Source: Acidobacteriota bacterium
Lineage (GTDB): Bacteria > Acidobacteriota > UBA890 > WLXD01
Assembly: GCA_963666215.2 (NCBI GenBank)
Contig: CAXWPL010000002.1
Location: 480,001 to 544,000, forward strand
Length of the DNA: 64,000 nt
Direction: 5' to 3'
Below, piece by piece: positions 1 to 9,794 of this stretch; the stretch's first letter is position 1; every line of letters starts with the position of its first letter. A program made the translations under genes and the position numbers. The notes beneath the pieces are model-generated. The model made no database searches and was not told the origin of the DNA. It worked only from the letters and a program-made list of their open reading frames with translations.

Positions 1-154
1 AGCGACATGCGGATGCCCATTTCACGCGTCCTTCCCCGCGACCGAGTAGTTGACGACTCCGTACAGTCCGATGGCGGCGAGCACGAGGGCCAGCCCGCCC
101 GACAAGCCGAGAACTGGGGCCGCCACGCGGGGCCCGAAGAGCATGGTGCCTAGG
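1..154 (-). pseudogene. C-terminal fragment of an ADOP-family (MacB/FtsX) ABC permease, cut by IS481 and running off the window edge
   Basis: Minus strand reads LGTMLFGPRVAA / VLGLSGGLALVLAAIGLYGVVNYSVAG / RTREMGIRMS, the typical FtsX-domain motif, across two apparent frameshifts. The upstream part of the gene is replaced by the IS. Confidence 0.75.
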
Positions 155-1198
155 TGTGTTTTCTAAATAGGTTGTTCACATCGGGGCTCACTTCTGAGAT
201 CAATGGGGTTGTTCCACGACTCCACGAACTCAGAAGGAGCGCCCGATGCAGCTGCATGGTAATGCCCGCACGACGCCGTATATACGCCGCGAGATGGTCC
301 GCCGGGTCCGGGAGCAGGCGGAGCCTGTGACGGAGACGGCGGCGGCTCTGGGCGTGTCGACTCGAACGGTCTACAAGTGGCTGGGTAGATACGAGCAAGA
401 AGGTGAAGCCGGGCTCTTGGATCGATCCAGCCGGCCGCAGGGCTGTCCGCACCGCACCGCCACCGGAGTTGTGCGGCAGATCGACAAGCTGCGGCGTCGA
501 CGACTGACCGCTTGGCAGATCAGCCAGAGGCTGTCAGTGCCACGCTCCACCGTCTCGGCGTGGTTGAGCCGGCTGGGGCTCGGGAAGCTCGATGTTCTGG
601 AGCCCAAGCCGGCGATCGTGCGCTATGAGTTCAGCCGTCCAGGTGACTTGCTGCACTTGGATACCGAGAAACTGGCCCGTATCCGGCGTCCTGGCCGCCG
701 CATCCACGGCGATCGCTCCAAGCGGGCCTACGGCGTCGGCTGGGAGAACGCCCACGTCGCTATCGACGATCACTCAAGGGTGGCGTACGTCGAGGTGCTG
801 TCCGCCGAGGATCAACACACCTGCACTGCGTTCCTGCAGCGAGCCGTCGAGCACTTTGCTTCGATGGGAGTAGCGGTGCGCCGGGTCATGACAGACAACG
901 GACCCGGCTACGTCTCGAAACGCTTCAATCGCCTATGCCAGCAACTCGAGATCCGGCACATCTACACTCGGCCGTATACGCCCAGAACCAATGGCAAAGC
1001 CGAACGCTTCATCCGCACGCTGCAAGGAGCAGTGGGCCTACGGCACCTGCTACCAGACCTCAGCTCGTCGTACTCGAGTCTCTTCGGCCCTGGCTCAACC
1101 ATTACGATCGCCACCGTCCCCACGCCGGTATCGGCATGACACCGCCGATCGATCGACTCTCAGGGGTGAGTTCATGAACAACCTATTTAGAAAACACA
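155..1198 (+). mobile_element. IS481-family insertion sequence (1044 bp)
   Basis: Perfect 24-bp terminal inverted repeats TGTGTTTTCTAAATAGGTTGTTCA (155-178 and 1175-1198), TGT...ACA ends, NCTAGN flanks (CCTAGG 149-154, GCTAGG 1199-1204), internal DDE transposase. Confidence 0.95.
246..1177 (+). pseudogene. IS481-family transposase with two apparent 3' frameshifts (about 1025 and 1075)
   Basis: N-terminal HGNARTTP, HTH, LHLD, MTDNG and RTNGKAERF motifs. The expected tail EQWAYGTCY and RPWLNHYDRHRPHAGIG lies in other frames (ORFs 991..1203 and 935..1177). Could be decay or sequencing error. Confidence 0.85.
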
Positions 1199-1228
1199 GC
1201 TAGGCGGTCCACTCCTAGCGCCTGAAGG

Positions 1229-1262
1229 CGCGTGAGCGGCAGAGGCAACTGCCGCCCACGCG
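1229..1262 (-). terminator. GC-rich hairpin downstream of the OsmC gene
   Basis: CGCGTGAGCGGCAG-AGGCAA-CTGCCGCCCACGCG inverted repeat about 30 bp past the stop codon; no clear U-tract. Confidence 0.5.
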
Positions 1263-1290
1263 AACCGTCCGGCTGCGCACCCGTGCCTTC

Positions 1291-1863
1291 TCAGCAGGTC
1301 GTCAGCTTGAACTCCACCGGCACCGCCCGCGAGACGATGTCGTAGACCGGAGAGTGCAGCGCCAGTTCGGTGAGATCCTCTGCCGAGGCCTCGCTCTTGA
1401 CGCGCATGTTGACCGTGACCTTGTTGAAGCCCTTGCGCACGTCGTCGGACATGCCGAACAGGCCGCGGACATCCATGTCGCCGGTGTACGACGATTCGAC
1501 TGCTTCGATCCGGATGCCGCCCACGGCTGCGTGGGAAACGAGCGTCCCGGTCAGACAGCTGGCCAGCGCGTGCAACACATACTCCATCGAGTTTGGCGCA
1601 CTGTCCTGACCCGCGGCGATCGACGGCTCATCAGCATCGAGAGTGAAGGCATCTTCGCGCGTGGTGTCTTCCGTGTTACCGGCGAAGAAGTCCTTGATCC
1701 GGCTGCGGCTCAGGCCGCCGTTGATCCACTGGTTGGTGGCGCGGAACTGGAAGCTGGCGTAGCCCGAGTCCGCCTCGATCGAGCCGATCACGTCCATGAG
1801 CTGGCCGACGTCAACTCCGTTCGTCAGCTGAGCCTTTTCTTGGGGTGCAACGCTGGTCGTCAT
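1291..1863 (-). CDS. OsmC/Ohr-like family protein
   Basis: NGVDV...FQFRATNQW...DADEP...APNSMEYVLHALASCL...SPVYD motifs; GGAG RBS upstream; single conserved Cys. Confidence 0.9.
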   Translation of the reverse strand: MTTSVAPQEKAQLTNGVDVGQLMDVIGSIEADSGYASFQFRATNQWINGGLSRSRIKDFFAGNTEDTTREDAFTLDADEPSIAAGQDSAPNSMEYVLHALASCLTGTLVSHAAVGGIRIEAVESSYTGDMDVRGLFGMSDDVRKGFNKVTVNMRVKSEASAEDLTELALHSPVYDIVSRAVPVEFKLTTC

Positions 1864-1914
1864 TTCATCTCTCCTGCAATCGTTGCCGGCGCGGGATTGC
1901 GACCGTCGGAGAGC

Positions 1915-1971
1915 ATGTTACGAAGCTGGACGCCAGGCTCGACAGTGTAGGATCTGTAGCACTGAACTACA
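1915..1971. promoter_or_regulatory. Divergent promoter region: -10 TAACAT (minus strand, 1915-1920) for the OsmC gene and a candidate HxlR operator
   Basis: TGTAG-N7-CTACA inverted repeat at 1955-1971 in the AT-richer intergenic gap. Confidence 0.45.
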
Positions 1972-2010
1972 TATTCTGGAGTTAGAAATAGCAGGCGGAG
2001 AGGCACACCC

Positions 2011-2718
2011 ATGGCGGGTTACGGGCAGTTCTGCCCGGTGGCGAAGGCGACCGAGATCATCGATGGAAAGTGGACAGTGTTGGTCCTGCGTGAGCTCTTC
2101 TTAGGCACCACGCGATTCAACGATTTCCAGCGTGCGATCTCGCGCATGTCGCCGACCCTGCTCACGAAACGGCTCCGACACCTCGAGGAATGCGGCATCG
2201 TCATTCGCAAGAAGCTTTCGGGCCAGAGGGGCTACGAATACCGCTTGACCGGGGCCGGCAAGGAGCTCGGCCCGCTGATCGAGATCCTCGCGGTCTGGGG
2301 CATGCGCTGGGCGCGCGGTCAGCTGACGGATGACGAGCTCGACGTCGAATTCCTGATGCGGGACCTGCAGCGGCGGCTACAGACCGAGCATCTGCCCGAC
2401 GGCGAGACCGTCATCTGCTTGAAGTTCGACGAGCTCACGAAGCACAAGACCTGGTGGCTGCTCGCAGACGGCGACGTGGTCGACCTGTGCACCGAGAACC
2501 CGGGCAAGGAAATCGATCTCTACATCAAGTCGACCGTGCGCACGATCGTCGAGGTCTGGGAGGGCGACCTCGACATGCGCGCGGCGCTGCGCAACAAGTC
2601 GATCGTGGCGCTCGGTCCGCGCCATCTTGTTCGCACCATGCCAGACTGGTTCGGCGTCTGTCTGTACAAGGACGTCCGGCGAGGGGACCCCCAACTCATG
2701 CGGCAAGCCGCTGAGTAG
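2011..2718 (+). CDS. HxlR-family winged-helix transcriptional regulator with SCP2-like C-terminal domain
   Basis: YGQFCPVAKA...KWTVLVLREL...RFNDFQR...SPTLLTKRLR...YRLT..G; C-terminal DVEFLM..L.RR and VDLC..NPG.EIDL. Confidence 0.9.
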   Translation: MAGYGQFCPVAKATEIIDGKWTVLVLRELFLGTTRFNDFQRAISRMSPTLLTKRLRHLEECGIVIRKKLSGQRGYEYRLTGAGKELGPLIEILAVWGMRWARGQLTDDELDVEFLMRDLQRRLQTEHLPDGETVICLKFDELTKHKTWWLLADGDVVDLCTENPGKEIDLYIKSTVRTIVEVWEGDLDMRAALRNKSIVALGPRHLVRTMPDWFGVCLYKDVRRGDPQLMRQAAE

Positions 2719-2763
2719 GTTTCGCGGCACCATCACCGGTCGCCAAGGCGCGAGAATCAGCTG

Positions 2764-2845
2764 GGCTCGCTACACGGCGAGCCCCAACTTGTTGATTACA
2801 AAGAGCCGACGCGCGGATTTGAGCCGCGGACCTGCTGATTACGAA
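2764..2845 (-). repeat. att-like direct repeat: duplicated 3' half of tRNA-Thr plus downstream hairpin
   Basis: 2802-2845 matches 11820-11863 at 43/44 nt and stops exactly at the anticodon loop; 2764-2801 matches 11782-11819 at 31/38 nt. Confidence 0.9.
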
Positions 2846-2866
2846 GACGATCCGAGCCAAACGTGA

Positions 2867-2887
2867 TTGCCAGCCGATTGCTGGCAA
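2867..2887 (-). terminator. Hairpin immediately after the RND permease stop codon
   Basis: TTGCCAGC-CGATT-GCTGGCAA. Confidence 0.4.
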
Positions 2888-2888
2888 C

Positions 2889-5800
2889 CTAATCACGGCC
2901 GAAGAGTTCGTAGGCGGCGGGAAGGATGAACAGGGTCAGCACGGTCGACGTCAGCAGGCCCCCGAGGACGACCTGGGCGAGCGGCGCCTGAATCTCGTTG
3001 CCGGCCTCGCCGCCGCCCATCGCCAGGGGGATAAGCGCCAGGCCTGTGGTCAAGGCGGTCATCAGAATCGGTGCGAGCCGGTCGATGGAGCCCTGGAGGA
3101 CGGCTTCATCCCGGGGCACCCCCTCGCGTGCCAGGTCGTGGTAGCGGGTGACCAGCAGGATGCCGTTGCGGGTGGCGATTCCGAACAGGGTGATGAACCC
3201 GACGATGGAGGCGATGCTCAGCACCCCGCCGGTCGTGAAGACCGTGGCGATGCCGCCGATCAACGCCAGCGGCAGGGAAAGCATCACGATCGCCGCGGAT
3301 CTCCAGTCGCCGAAGGCGGTGAACAGCAACAGCGCGATAGCCGCCAGCGACAGCAGGCTGGTCAGCGAGATCAGCCGGGTCGCCCGGCGCTGGCTCTCGA
3401 ACTGACCTCCGTACTGAATGAAGTACTCCGACGGCAACGCCACCTGCGCCTCCACCCGCGAGCGGACGTCGTCCACGACCGAGCCGACGTCGCGATCGAC
3501 GACGTTGGCCGACACCACAATCTTGCGCTGGCCGTTCTCCCGGCTGATCAGGTTGGGGCCGCGGTCCTCACGCACACTGGCGAGTTGGCCTAGCGGCACG
3601 AGTCCGCGATCGGTGCGTACCGGCAGCTGCTCGATCGACTCGGGCCGGTCCCTGCCCTCCGGGCGCAGCCGCACCACCAAGTCGAACGCCCGGTCGCCCT
3701 CCCGTACCTGTCCCACCACGCGGCCGCCCACCGCCGCCTCGACTTGATGAATGACGTCTCGCGCTCGCGCGCCGTGTCGCGCGAGCGCGGCGCGATCCAG
3801 GTCGATCTGAAGCTGGGGCACGAAGGCCTGCTGCTCGACCTGGAGGTCCACGAGCCCCTGCACACCGACGCTGGCATCGCGGATCTTGGCGGCGAGGCTC
3901 CGCAGCGTACCGAGATCCGGACCGAACAGCTTGATCGCGATCGCGGCCTGCGTGCCCGAGATCATGTGGTCGATGCGGTGGCCGACCGGCTGACCGATGG
4001 ACACGTTGGTGCCGGGCACGAGCAGCAGGTCGGTGCGGAAGGCGTCGAGGAACTCGTCGCGTCCTCGCTGGCCGACGGCGTAGACGATGTCGATCTCCGA
4101 CTCGTTGGAGCCTTGGGCGTGCTCGGACATCTCGGCGCGCCCGGTACGCCGCGAGGTGGCAGTGACCTCCGGGTGCGAGAGGGCGATCCCCTCGATCATG
4201 CGACCGATCGTGTCGGCCTCCTCGAGGCTCGTGCCCGGCAGCGTCACGGCGTTGACCACCAGCGTCCCCTCGTTGAACTCCGGCAGGAAGGTGCGGCCGA
4301 GCATGGGGGCGGCCGCGATCGCCGCGGCGAGGGCCACGACCCCGACCGCCACGACCACGCCGGATCGGCGCATCGCGAGCCCCAGCAGCGGGCGGTAAGC
4401 CGCCTGCGCCCAAGCCACCAGCGGCGGCTCGTGGGCGCGTGTCCGCGCCGCGCTCGGCAGCAGCAGCACGCAGAGCGCCGGCGTCACCGTCAGCGATACC
4501 ACCAGCGAGGCGAGGATCGCGACGCCGTAGGCGAAGCCAAGAGGCTGCAGCAAACGTCCCTCGACCCCCGACAGGAAGAAGAGCGGCACGAACACCACGA
4601 TCACCACGAACGTGGCGTAGACGATAGGGACGACGACCTCGCGGGCGGCGCCTATGACCGTGGCCTCCGCCTCCGTGGCCTCGAGAGGCCCGTGAGCGGC
4701 CCGCTGCCGGAGACGCTTGTAGATGTTCTCGACGCCGATCACGGCGTCGTCGACGAGGGCGCCGATGGCGATCGCCATTCCACCCAGGGTCATTGTGTTG
4801 ATCGAGATTCCGGCCGCCCACAGGGCCACCACCGTGGCCATCAGCGACAGAGGAATGGCGAGCGCCGAGATCAGGGTCGTGCGCCACGACATCAGGAACA
4901 CGGCGAGCACCAGCACCGCGAGCAGGCCGCCGTCGCGCAGCGCCGCCTCGACGTTATCGATGGCCACCGAGATGAAGTCGGCCTGGCGGAAGATTTGGCG
5001 CTCGAACTGAACGCGGCCGGCAAGACCCGCCTCCAGCAGATCGAGCTCGGCGTCGATGGCCTGCGTGAGCTGGAGGGTGTCGGCGCCAGGTTGCTTCTGC
5101 ACCGACAGCACGACCGCCGGCTGAGCGTTCACCGAACCGGCCCCGATCTGTGGCGCCGGGCCGATCAGGGCTTGCCCCACGTCACGCAGCAGGACCGTTC
5201 CACCCTCACGACGGAGCAGCACGCTGTCGGCCAGCTCCTGGGTGGAATGAATGCGCCCGAGGACTCGCACCGGCAGCTCCTGGCTGCGGCGCACGAGGAA
5301 CGAGCCGCTGCCGGCGTCGTTGGCGTCCGCAACCGCCTCGGCTACGACCTCGAGGTCGAGGCCGTAGGCGCGCAGGCGGGCCGGATCGACCTGAACCTGG
5401 TACTGGCGCACCGCACCCCCGAGGGGCACGACCTGCGAGACACCGGGGACCGCCATCAGGCGGCGGCGGACGGTCCAGTCGGCCACGGCGCGCAGCTCCA
5501 TGTCGTCGAGCGTCTCGCTGCGCATGCCCACCAGCAGCACCTCGCCCATGATCGAGGTAATCGGTCCCATGGCGGGCGGATCGGCGTCCTGAGGTAAGTT
5601 GGCCGTCGCCAGCTGGAGCTTTTCGTTGACGACTTGGCGGGCTCGATAGATGTCGGTGCCCCAGTCGAACTCGACCCAGATGATCGAGATCCCCATCGCC
5701 GACGATGAGCGAACCCGGCGCACCGAGGTGGCGCCGGTCACCGCGCTCTCGAGCGGGAACGTGACGAGCTGCTCCACCTCCTCGGCGGCGAGCCCGTGGG

Positions 5801-5957
5801 CCTCGGTGAGCACGGTCACGGTCGGGGCCGTGAGGTCGGGGAACACGTCCACCGGCAGGGTGAGCGTCGCGTAGCCGCCGGCCGCGAGGAGCAGCACCGC
5901 GGCGGCCAGCACCACGACCCGGCTGCGAACCGACCAGTCGATCCATGACGCGAGCAT
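2889..5957 (-). CDS. CusA/CzcA-family heavy-metal efflux RND permease
   Basis: 1022 aa; LPVDVFPDL, EEVEQLVTFPLE, TM4 AIGALVDDAVIGVEN, FLPEFNEG, RTGRAE, RLAPILMTA. Confidence 0.95.
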   Translation of the reverse strand: MLASWIDWSVRSRVVVLAAAVLLLAAGGYATLTLPVDVFPDLTAPTVTVLTEAHGLAAEEVEQLVTFPLESAVTGATSVRRVRSSSAMGISIIWVEFDWGTDIYRARQVVNEKLQLATANLPQDADPPAMGPITSIMGEVLLVGMRSETLDDMELRAVADWTVRRRLMAVPGVSQVVPLGGAVRQYQVQVDPARLRAYGLDLEVVAEAVADANDAGSGSFLVRRSQELPVRVLGRIHSTQELADSVLLRREGGTVLLRDVGQALIGPAPQIGAGSVNAQPAVVLSVQKQPGADTLQLTQAIDAELDLLEAGLAGRVQFERQIFRQADFISVAIDNVEAALRDGGLLAVLVLAVFLMSWRTTLISALAIPLSLMATVVALWAAGISINTMTLGGMAIAIGALVDDAVIGVENIYKRLRQRAAHGPLEATEAEATVIGAAREVVVPIVYATFVVIVVFVPLFFLSGVEGRLLQPLGFAYGVAILASLVVSLTVTPALCVLLLPSAARTRAHEPPLVAWAQAAYRPLLGLAMRRSGVVVAVGVVALAAAIAAAPMLGRTFLPEFNEGTLVVNAVTLPGTSLEEADTIGRMIEGIALSHPEVTATSRRTGRAEMSEHAQGSNESEIDIVYAVGQRGRDEFLDAFRTDLLLVPGTNVSIGQPVGHRIDHMISGTQAAIAIKLFGPDLGTLRSLAAKIRDASVGVQGLVDLQVEQQAFVPQLQIDLDRAALARHGARARDVIHQVEAAVGGRVVGQVREGDRAFDLVVRLRPEGRDRPESIEQLPVRTDRGLVPLGQLASVREDRGPNLISRENGQRKIVVSANVVDRDVGSVVDDVRSRVEAQVALPSEYFIQYGGQFESQRRATRLISLTSLLSLAAIALLLFTAFGDWRSAAIVMLSLPLALIGGIATVFTTGGVLSIASIVGFITLFGIATRNGILLVTRYHDLAREGVPRDEAVLQGSIDRLAPILMTALTTGLALIPLAMGGGEAGNEIQAPLAQVVLGGLLTSTVLTLFILPAAYELFGRD

Positions 5958-5969
5958 CGGTCTCTCCGG

Positions 5970-7547
5970 TTAGTGGGAGTGGGCGGGCGCTGCGTCCGGC
6001 GACAGCGCCGCGAGCCGGACCTGGTAGGCGCCGGTGGTGACGACGCGATCGCCTGGGCTCAGACCCGAGACCACCTCCACCAGGTCGCCCTGGCGGATGC
6101 CGGTGGCGATTGCCCGCTCCTCGAACGTCTCGCCGCCCAGCTGGAGGTACACCACCTGCACCCCGGCGAGGTCGATGATCGCCGCGGACGGGATCGCGAC
6201 GACGGTTCGCGCCCCGCCCACGTGCAGGCGAGCTACGGCGCTCATCCCGGGGCGGAGGGTGGCGCTGGCGCCTCGCAGCTCGTAGCGCACCGGGGCGGTC
6301 CGGGTCGTCGCGTCGAGCTCGACACCGAGCTCTAGTAGTCGGCCACCGACGATCCATTCGTTCTGCCCGGCAGTCGAGCGCACGGCCGTAGCCGGCCGCA
6401 GGGCGAGGGACAGCACCTCGCCGCTGCGTCGCGCCTTCAGCAGCTCCTGGAACTCCGGCTCTGGCACCTCGACCCGCGCCACGAGAAGGTCGAGGTCGAC
6501 GATCCGGAACAGGGTGCGGGCCGGATCGACCGGCTCGCCGCGTGTGACGTGGACCTCGGCCATGATCCCCCCCATCGGCGCCAGGATACCGAGACCGTCC
6601 TCGACCGACCCGGCCGCCGACACAGCCGAGGCGCGGTTCTGCAGGGCGGCCAGCCCCGCACGGGCGTTCTCGAGGGCGATCTCCGCCTCGTGCAGGCGAC
6701 GCGCGGGGACCGCGCCGGCATCGACCAGCCGGCTCGCGCGAGCATGCTCACGCTCCGATTCCGCTACGCGGTTGTGAGCCTCCACGAGCTCCGCGGGCAA
6801 CGTGTGCCATCCCGCGATCGACTCCGGAAGCGGCGTCAATCGACCGAGCAGCTGACCGCGACGGACGGCGGCACCGGGAGACAGCAGGCCGGAGTCGGGC
6901 GCTTCGAAGAATCCGGCAGCCGGCGAGGCCACCAGTGCCGTACCGCTGGGATGAGCCTCGATCGTCGCGGGCAACTCCAACGACTCTTGAAGTGGCGCCG
7001 CGGCAGCGGCCACGGTGGCGAACGGAATGCGCCACTGCTGCTCCTTGAGAAATCCGATACCAGCGGGCTCGGAGGGCGGCGCGTCGAGCTCTCCGACCGA
7101 GGAGGCCACTCTGACGTCCCACGCCACTTCGTCGATCGCGCCAGTCGGGGAGGTGTACACGAACCTCAGCCGGGCGTTCCCCGCCGTCTCCGGTCGGATC
7201 GCCGGCAGGAAGATCCCGGAGCGGGCGACCGAATCGACGCCGACCTGCTGTCGCGCGGCTCCCGAGGAGTCCAGCAGGCTTACGTCGAGCCGACCCGCCT
7301 CGACGGCTCGAAAGTCGCCCAGCTCAGTCAGATGAGCGGCGATCTCCGCCTCCTCTCCGACGACGAACAACGGGTGCTCTACGAACCACTCATGGGTATC
7401 GGTCCACCGTGTTTCGACCCGGGAGGGCCGTTCCTCCTCGGCCTCCTGTGACTCGGAAGCAGAGTCGGGACGGCCACAGGCGACTAGCGCAAACAGGAGG
7501 AGAAGGGCAGTCACCACCGATCGCGTCGACAGGAGATTCCGAGTCAT
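5970..7547 (-). CDS. RND periplasmic adaptor (CzcB-like membrane fusion lipoprotein)
   Basis: Start MTRNLL overlaps the upstream stop (ATGA); lipobox LVAC; EWFVEHP, KEQQW, APMGG, LRPGM, GDRVVTTGAY; C-terminal AHSH. Confidence 0.9.
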   Translation of the reverse strand: MTRNLLSTRSVVTALLLLFALVACGRPDSASESQEAEEERPSRVETRWTDTHEWFVEHPLFVVGEEAEIAAHLTELGDFRAVEAGRLDVSLLDSSGAARQQVGVDSVARSGIFLPAIRPETAGNARLRFVYTSPTGAIDEVAWDVRVASSVGELDAPPSEPAGIGFLKEQQWRIPFATVAAAAAPLQESLELPATIEAHPSGTALVASPAAGFFEAPDSGLLSPGAAVRRGQLLGRLTPLPESIAGWHTLPAELVEAHNRVAESEREHARASRLVDAGAVPARRLHEAEIALENARAGLAALQNRASAVSAAGSVEDGLGILAPMGGIMAEVHVTRGEPVDPARTLFRIVDLDLLVARVEVPEPEFQELLKARRSGEVLSLALRPATAVRSTAGQNEWIVGGRLLELGVELDATTRTAPVRYELRGASATLRPGMSAVARLHVGGARTVVAIPSAAIIDLAGVQVVYLQLGGETFEERAIATGIRQGDLVEVVSGLSPGDRVVTTGAYQVRLAALSPDAAPAHSH

Positions 7548-8827
7548 CGTGTGACCGCCTCTCCGGCCGTCTGTCCCGACGCCCACTTCCAGGTGAACCA
7601 GGAGGAGGCTCGACGCCGCTCGAGCTCGATTCGTCGCGAAGCCGCTTCGAGCGACGCACGCACCGTGTCGAGCAGCGCCACCACCTGCATCTCACCTTCC
7701 GCGTAGGAGACCCGCGCCATCTCGATCAAGCTCGGTCCCGGGACTTCGCCCGCGTCACGAAGGGCAGCGGTCGCGAGCTCGTATTCGCCCAGAGCTACCC
7801 GACTCCGCGCCACGAGCTCGCGGTCGAACATCTCGACCCGCTGTCGCCTTCGACGCTCCTCTACTGCGGCCGCGGCTGCCGCGTCCCGGTTGCGGTCGAA
7901 CAGCGGCACCACCGCGCCGATGCTCAACACGAAGCCCCCGTAGCCCGGGTCGACGCGGCTGTAGCCGGCATTCACGATCAGGTCCGGAAATGCCTGTCGT
8001 CGCGCGAGCTTCTGCTCGAGATTCGCCTGATGCGCGCGCTCCATCTCGGCGAGGATCTCCGGACGGGAGTCGCGAGCCTCCTCCAGACTTCGAGTCGTCT
8101 CTGTCTCCTCGGTCGCGGCCCCGGCGGGCTCGTCGAGAGGTGGCGGCCCCCCGGGCTCCGCGTCAGGAGCGCGCGTTTCCCAGCCTGCTGCCGGAGGCAC
8201 CAGTCCGGTCAGGGCCTCGAGCCGTATCGAGCCTGAACGCCGCGCTTGATTCGCCTCCGCCGCTTGCACCTCGAGCGCTTGCACCTCGAGGAACATCCGG
8301 CCGACGTCGAAGTCACTCACGTCACCCTCGGCGTTGCGCAGCTCGAGGTCACGCAGCAGGGAGCGACCGACGTCGAGCGCGGCCCGGATCGCCTCGTGTC
8401 GGCGCTGTGCGGCGTACAGCTCTACGTATTCCTGTTGCACCCGCAGCGTCAGCACGGCGCGGACCGCTGCCGCGTCCCTCTGCGACGCACGCTGCTTCGC
8501 CTCGGCCACGTCGACGGCGATTCCGGTGCGGCCCCCGATGGGCAGACTTTGCGACACGCTCACGATCAGCTGGTCGGCGCCGGGAACGGCGTTCGGGAAC
8601 CGCTCCTGATACACGGTTACCAGCGGGTTCGGCCAGCGACCGGCTTGATCAGCGCGGTGACCGGCGACCTCAGCGGCGAGGAGCGCCGCGGCCAGCTCCG
8701 GGTTGTGCTCCTCGACGGCGGCCACGGCGCTGGCCAGCATCAGGGTCGAAGAACTCTGGGAATTACCGGTGGAAGGCGCCAGCAGGAGCAGCACGAGAGC
8801 TCCGACGACACCGCGCGAGATCGACAT
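7544..8827 (-). CDS. TolC-family outer membrane factor (CzcC-like)
   Basis: Signal peptide; HNPEL, WPNP, VSQSLPIGG, SRPEI, PLFDRN, SYAEGE repeat motifs. Confidence 0.9.
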   Translation of the reverse strand: MSISRGVVGALVLLLLAPSTGNSQSSSTLMLASAVAAVEEHNPELAAALLAAEVAGHRADQAGRWPNPLVTVYQERFPNAVPGADQLIVSVSQSLPIGGRTGIAVDVAEAKQRASQRDAAAVRAVLTLRVQQEYVELYAAQRRHEAIRAALDVGRSLLRDLELRNAEGDVSDFDVGRMFLEVQALEVQAAEANQARRSGSIRLEALTGLVPPAAGWETRAPDAEPGGPPPLDEPAGAATEETETTRSLEEARDSRPEILAEMERAHQANLEQKLARRQAFPDLIVNAGYSRVDPGYGGFVLSIGAVVPLFDRNRDAAAAAAVEERRRRQRVEMFDRELVARSRVALGEYELATAALRDAGEVPGPSLIEMARVSYAEGEMQVVALLDTVRASLEAASRRIELERRRASSWFTWKWASGQTAGEAVTR

Positions 8828-8894
8828 GCGTGCCCTCCGCGGGCTGAGCGTGGTTCAACGGGCGAGGCGGTGTGTCCGGCGTGACCGGACGGGC

Positions 8895-9335
8895 TCAGAC
8901 GGAGGGCGCCGGTGGTCCGCGATCAGGAGTCGATCGTCGAAGTCGCGCGCGCGGCACGCAGACGTCGACATCGCCGACCGATGAGCCTGAAGGCGCATCC
9001 TGGCCAACGATGGAAGGCTGCACTGCTCGCCGAGGTTCGCTCGGCCGCTCGCGGAGTGGAGTCACTGTGCTCGTCGACCGCACGACGCCGTCCCGATCAT
9101 GAAGCAGCGTCATCGGAACGATGCGGACCGGCGCCAGCTCGATTCGGCCGGCGGCCACCGCGGCTTCCTCGTCGGTCGGGCGCTCGCCGTGGTGGTGCGG
9201 TAGGCCGCTACCGTGCGCGTGAACCCGATGACCCGCGCCGGGCGGCTCGCCCGTGTGTACGTGCGCGCGTCCGGTCACTGGAACGCACACAACCGCGAAA
9301 GCCAGGAAACCTACAGCGACGAATCGGATCCGCAT
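8895..9335 (-). CDS. Secreted His-rich hypothetical protein heading the efflux operon
   Basis: Signal-like N-terminus followed by HVH...HRVHAH...HHH and a C-terminal RGPP. An extended -10 (TG-G-TACCTT, 9342-9350) lies 6 nt before the ATG. Confidence 0.65.
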   Translation of the reverse strand: MRIRFVAVGFLAFAVVCVPVTGRAHVHTGEPPGAGHRVHAHGSGLPHHHGERPTDEEAAVAAGRIELAPVRIVPMTLLHDRDGVVRSTSTVTPLRERPSEPRRAVQPSIVGQDAPSGSSVGDVDVCVPRARLRRSTPDRGPPAPSV

Positions 9336-9794
9336 GCGCGCAAGGTACCACGCGCTCGAAACCACCGCGCTTGGTCAAGTCGCGACGCTATACGTGCCCT
9401 GTCTCGGTCCGCGGGAGCGGTCGATCGCGTTTCCGGTCCCGGCTCCGGGCACCTGTGCGACGGGCCGCTTTCGCATCGAGACCTCGCGAAAACTGATGGC
9501 TATCTGATTGCCGCTTCGAGGCGCGCGAGCTCGGGGTCGGCGATACACGGTTGCGTGAAGTGTTCGAGGCCCGCGTGGCTCGGCGCTGAAAGGGCCGCTT
9601 CCGCGCCCCTCCTGCTGGCAGTAGACGGACCGCACGGCGGATCGCCAGCATGCAGCGACGGTCGCGGTCGCTTCCGTCTCCTGCATGTCGGCACTAAGCC
9701 GCGTCAGAACATCGGTTATCGAATCGAAATACTCAGTGGTCATCCCGCAACTCCTCGGCATAATCGGCCATTTCGAGATCCCCGGGCCACTCGG

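Noticed and set aside
1010-1090. Programmed frameshifting in the IS481 transposase
   Set aside because: IS481 transposases are single ORFs, no slippery site is visible, and nearby indels suggest decay or read error.
2802-2845. Second tRNA gene
   Set aside because: Only the 3' half is present, with no D-arm or 5' acceptor strand; treated as an att repeat.
3138-8884. Long plus-strand ORFs (e.g. 3744..5597, 6549..7451, 7990..8847)
   Set aside because: Antisense shadows of the czc genes, as expected in GC-rich DNA; no recognisable motifs.
9375-9761. 128-aa minus-strand ORF upstream of the czc operon
   Set aside because: No recognisable domain; it may be a remnant but cannot be supported.
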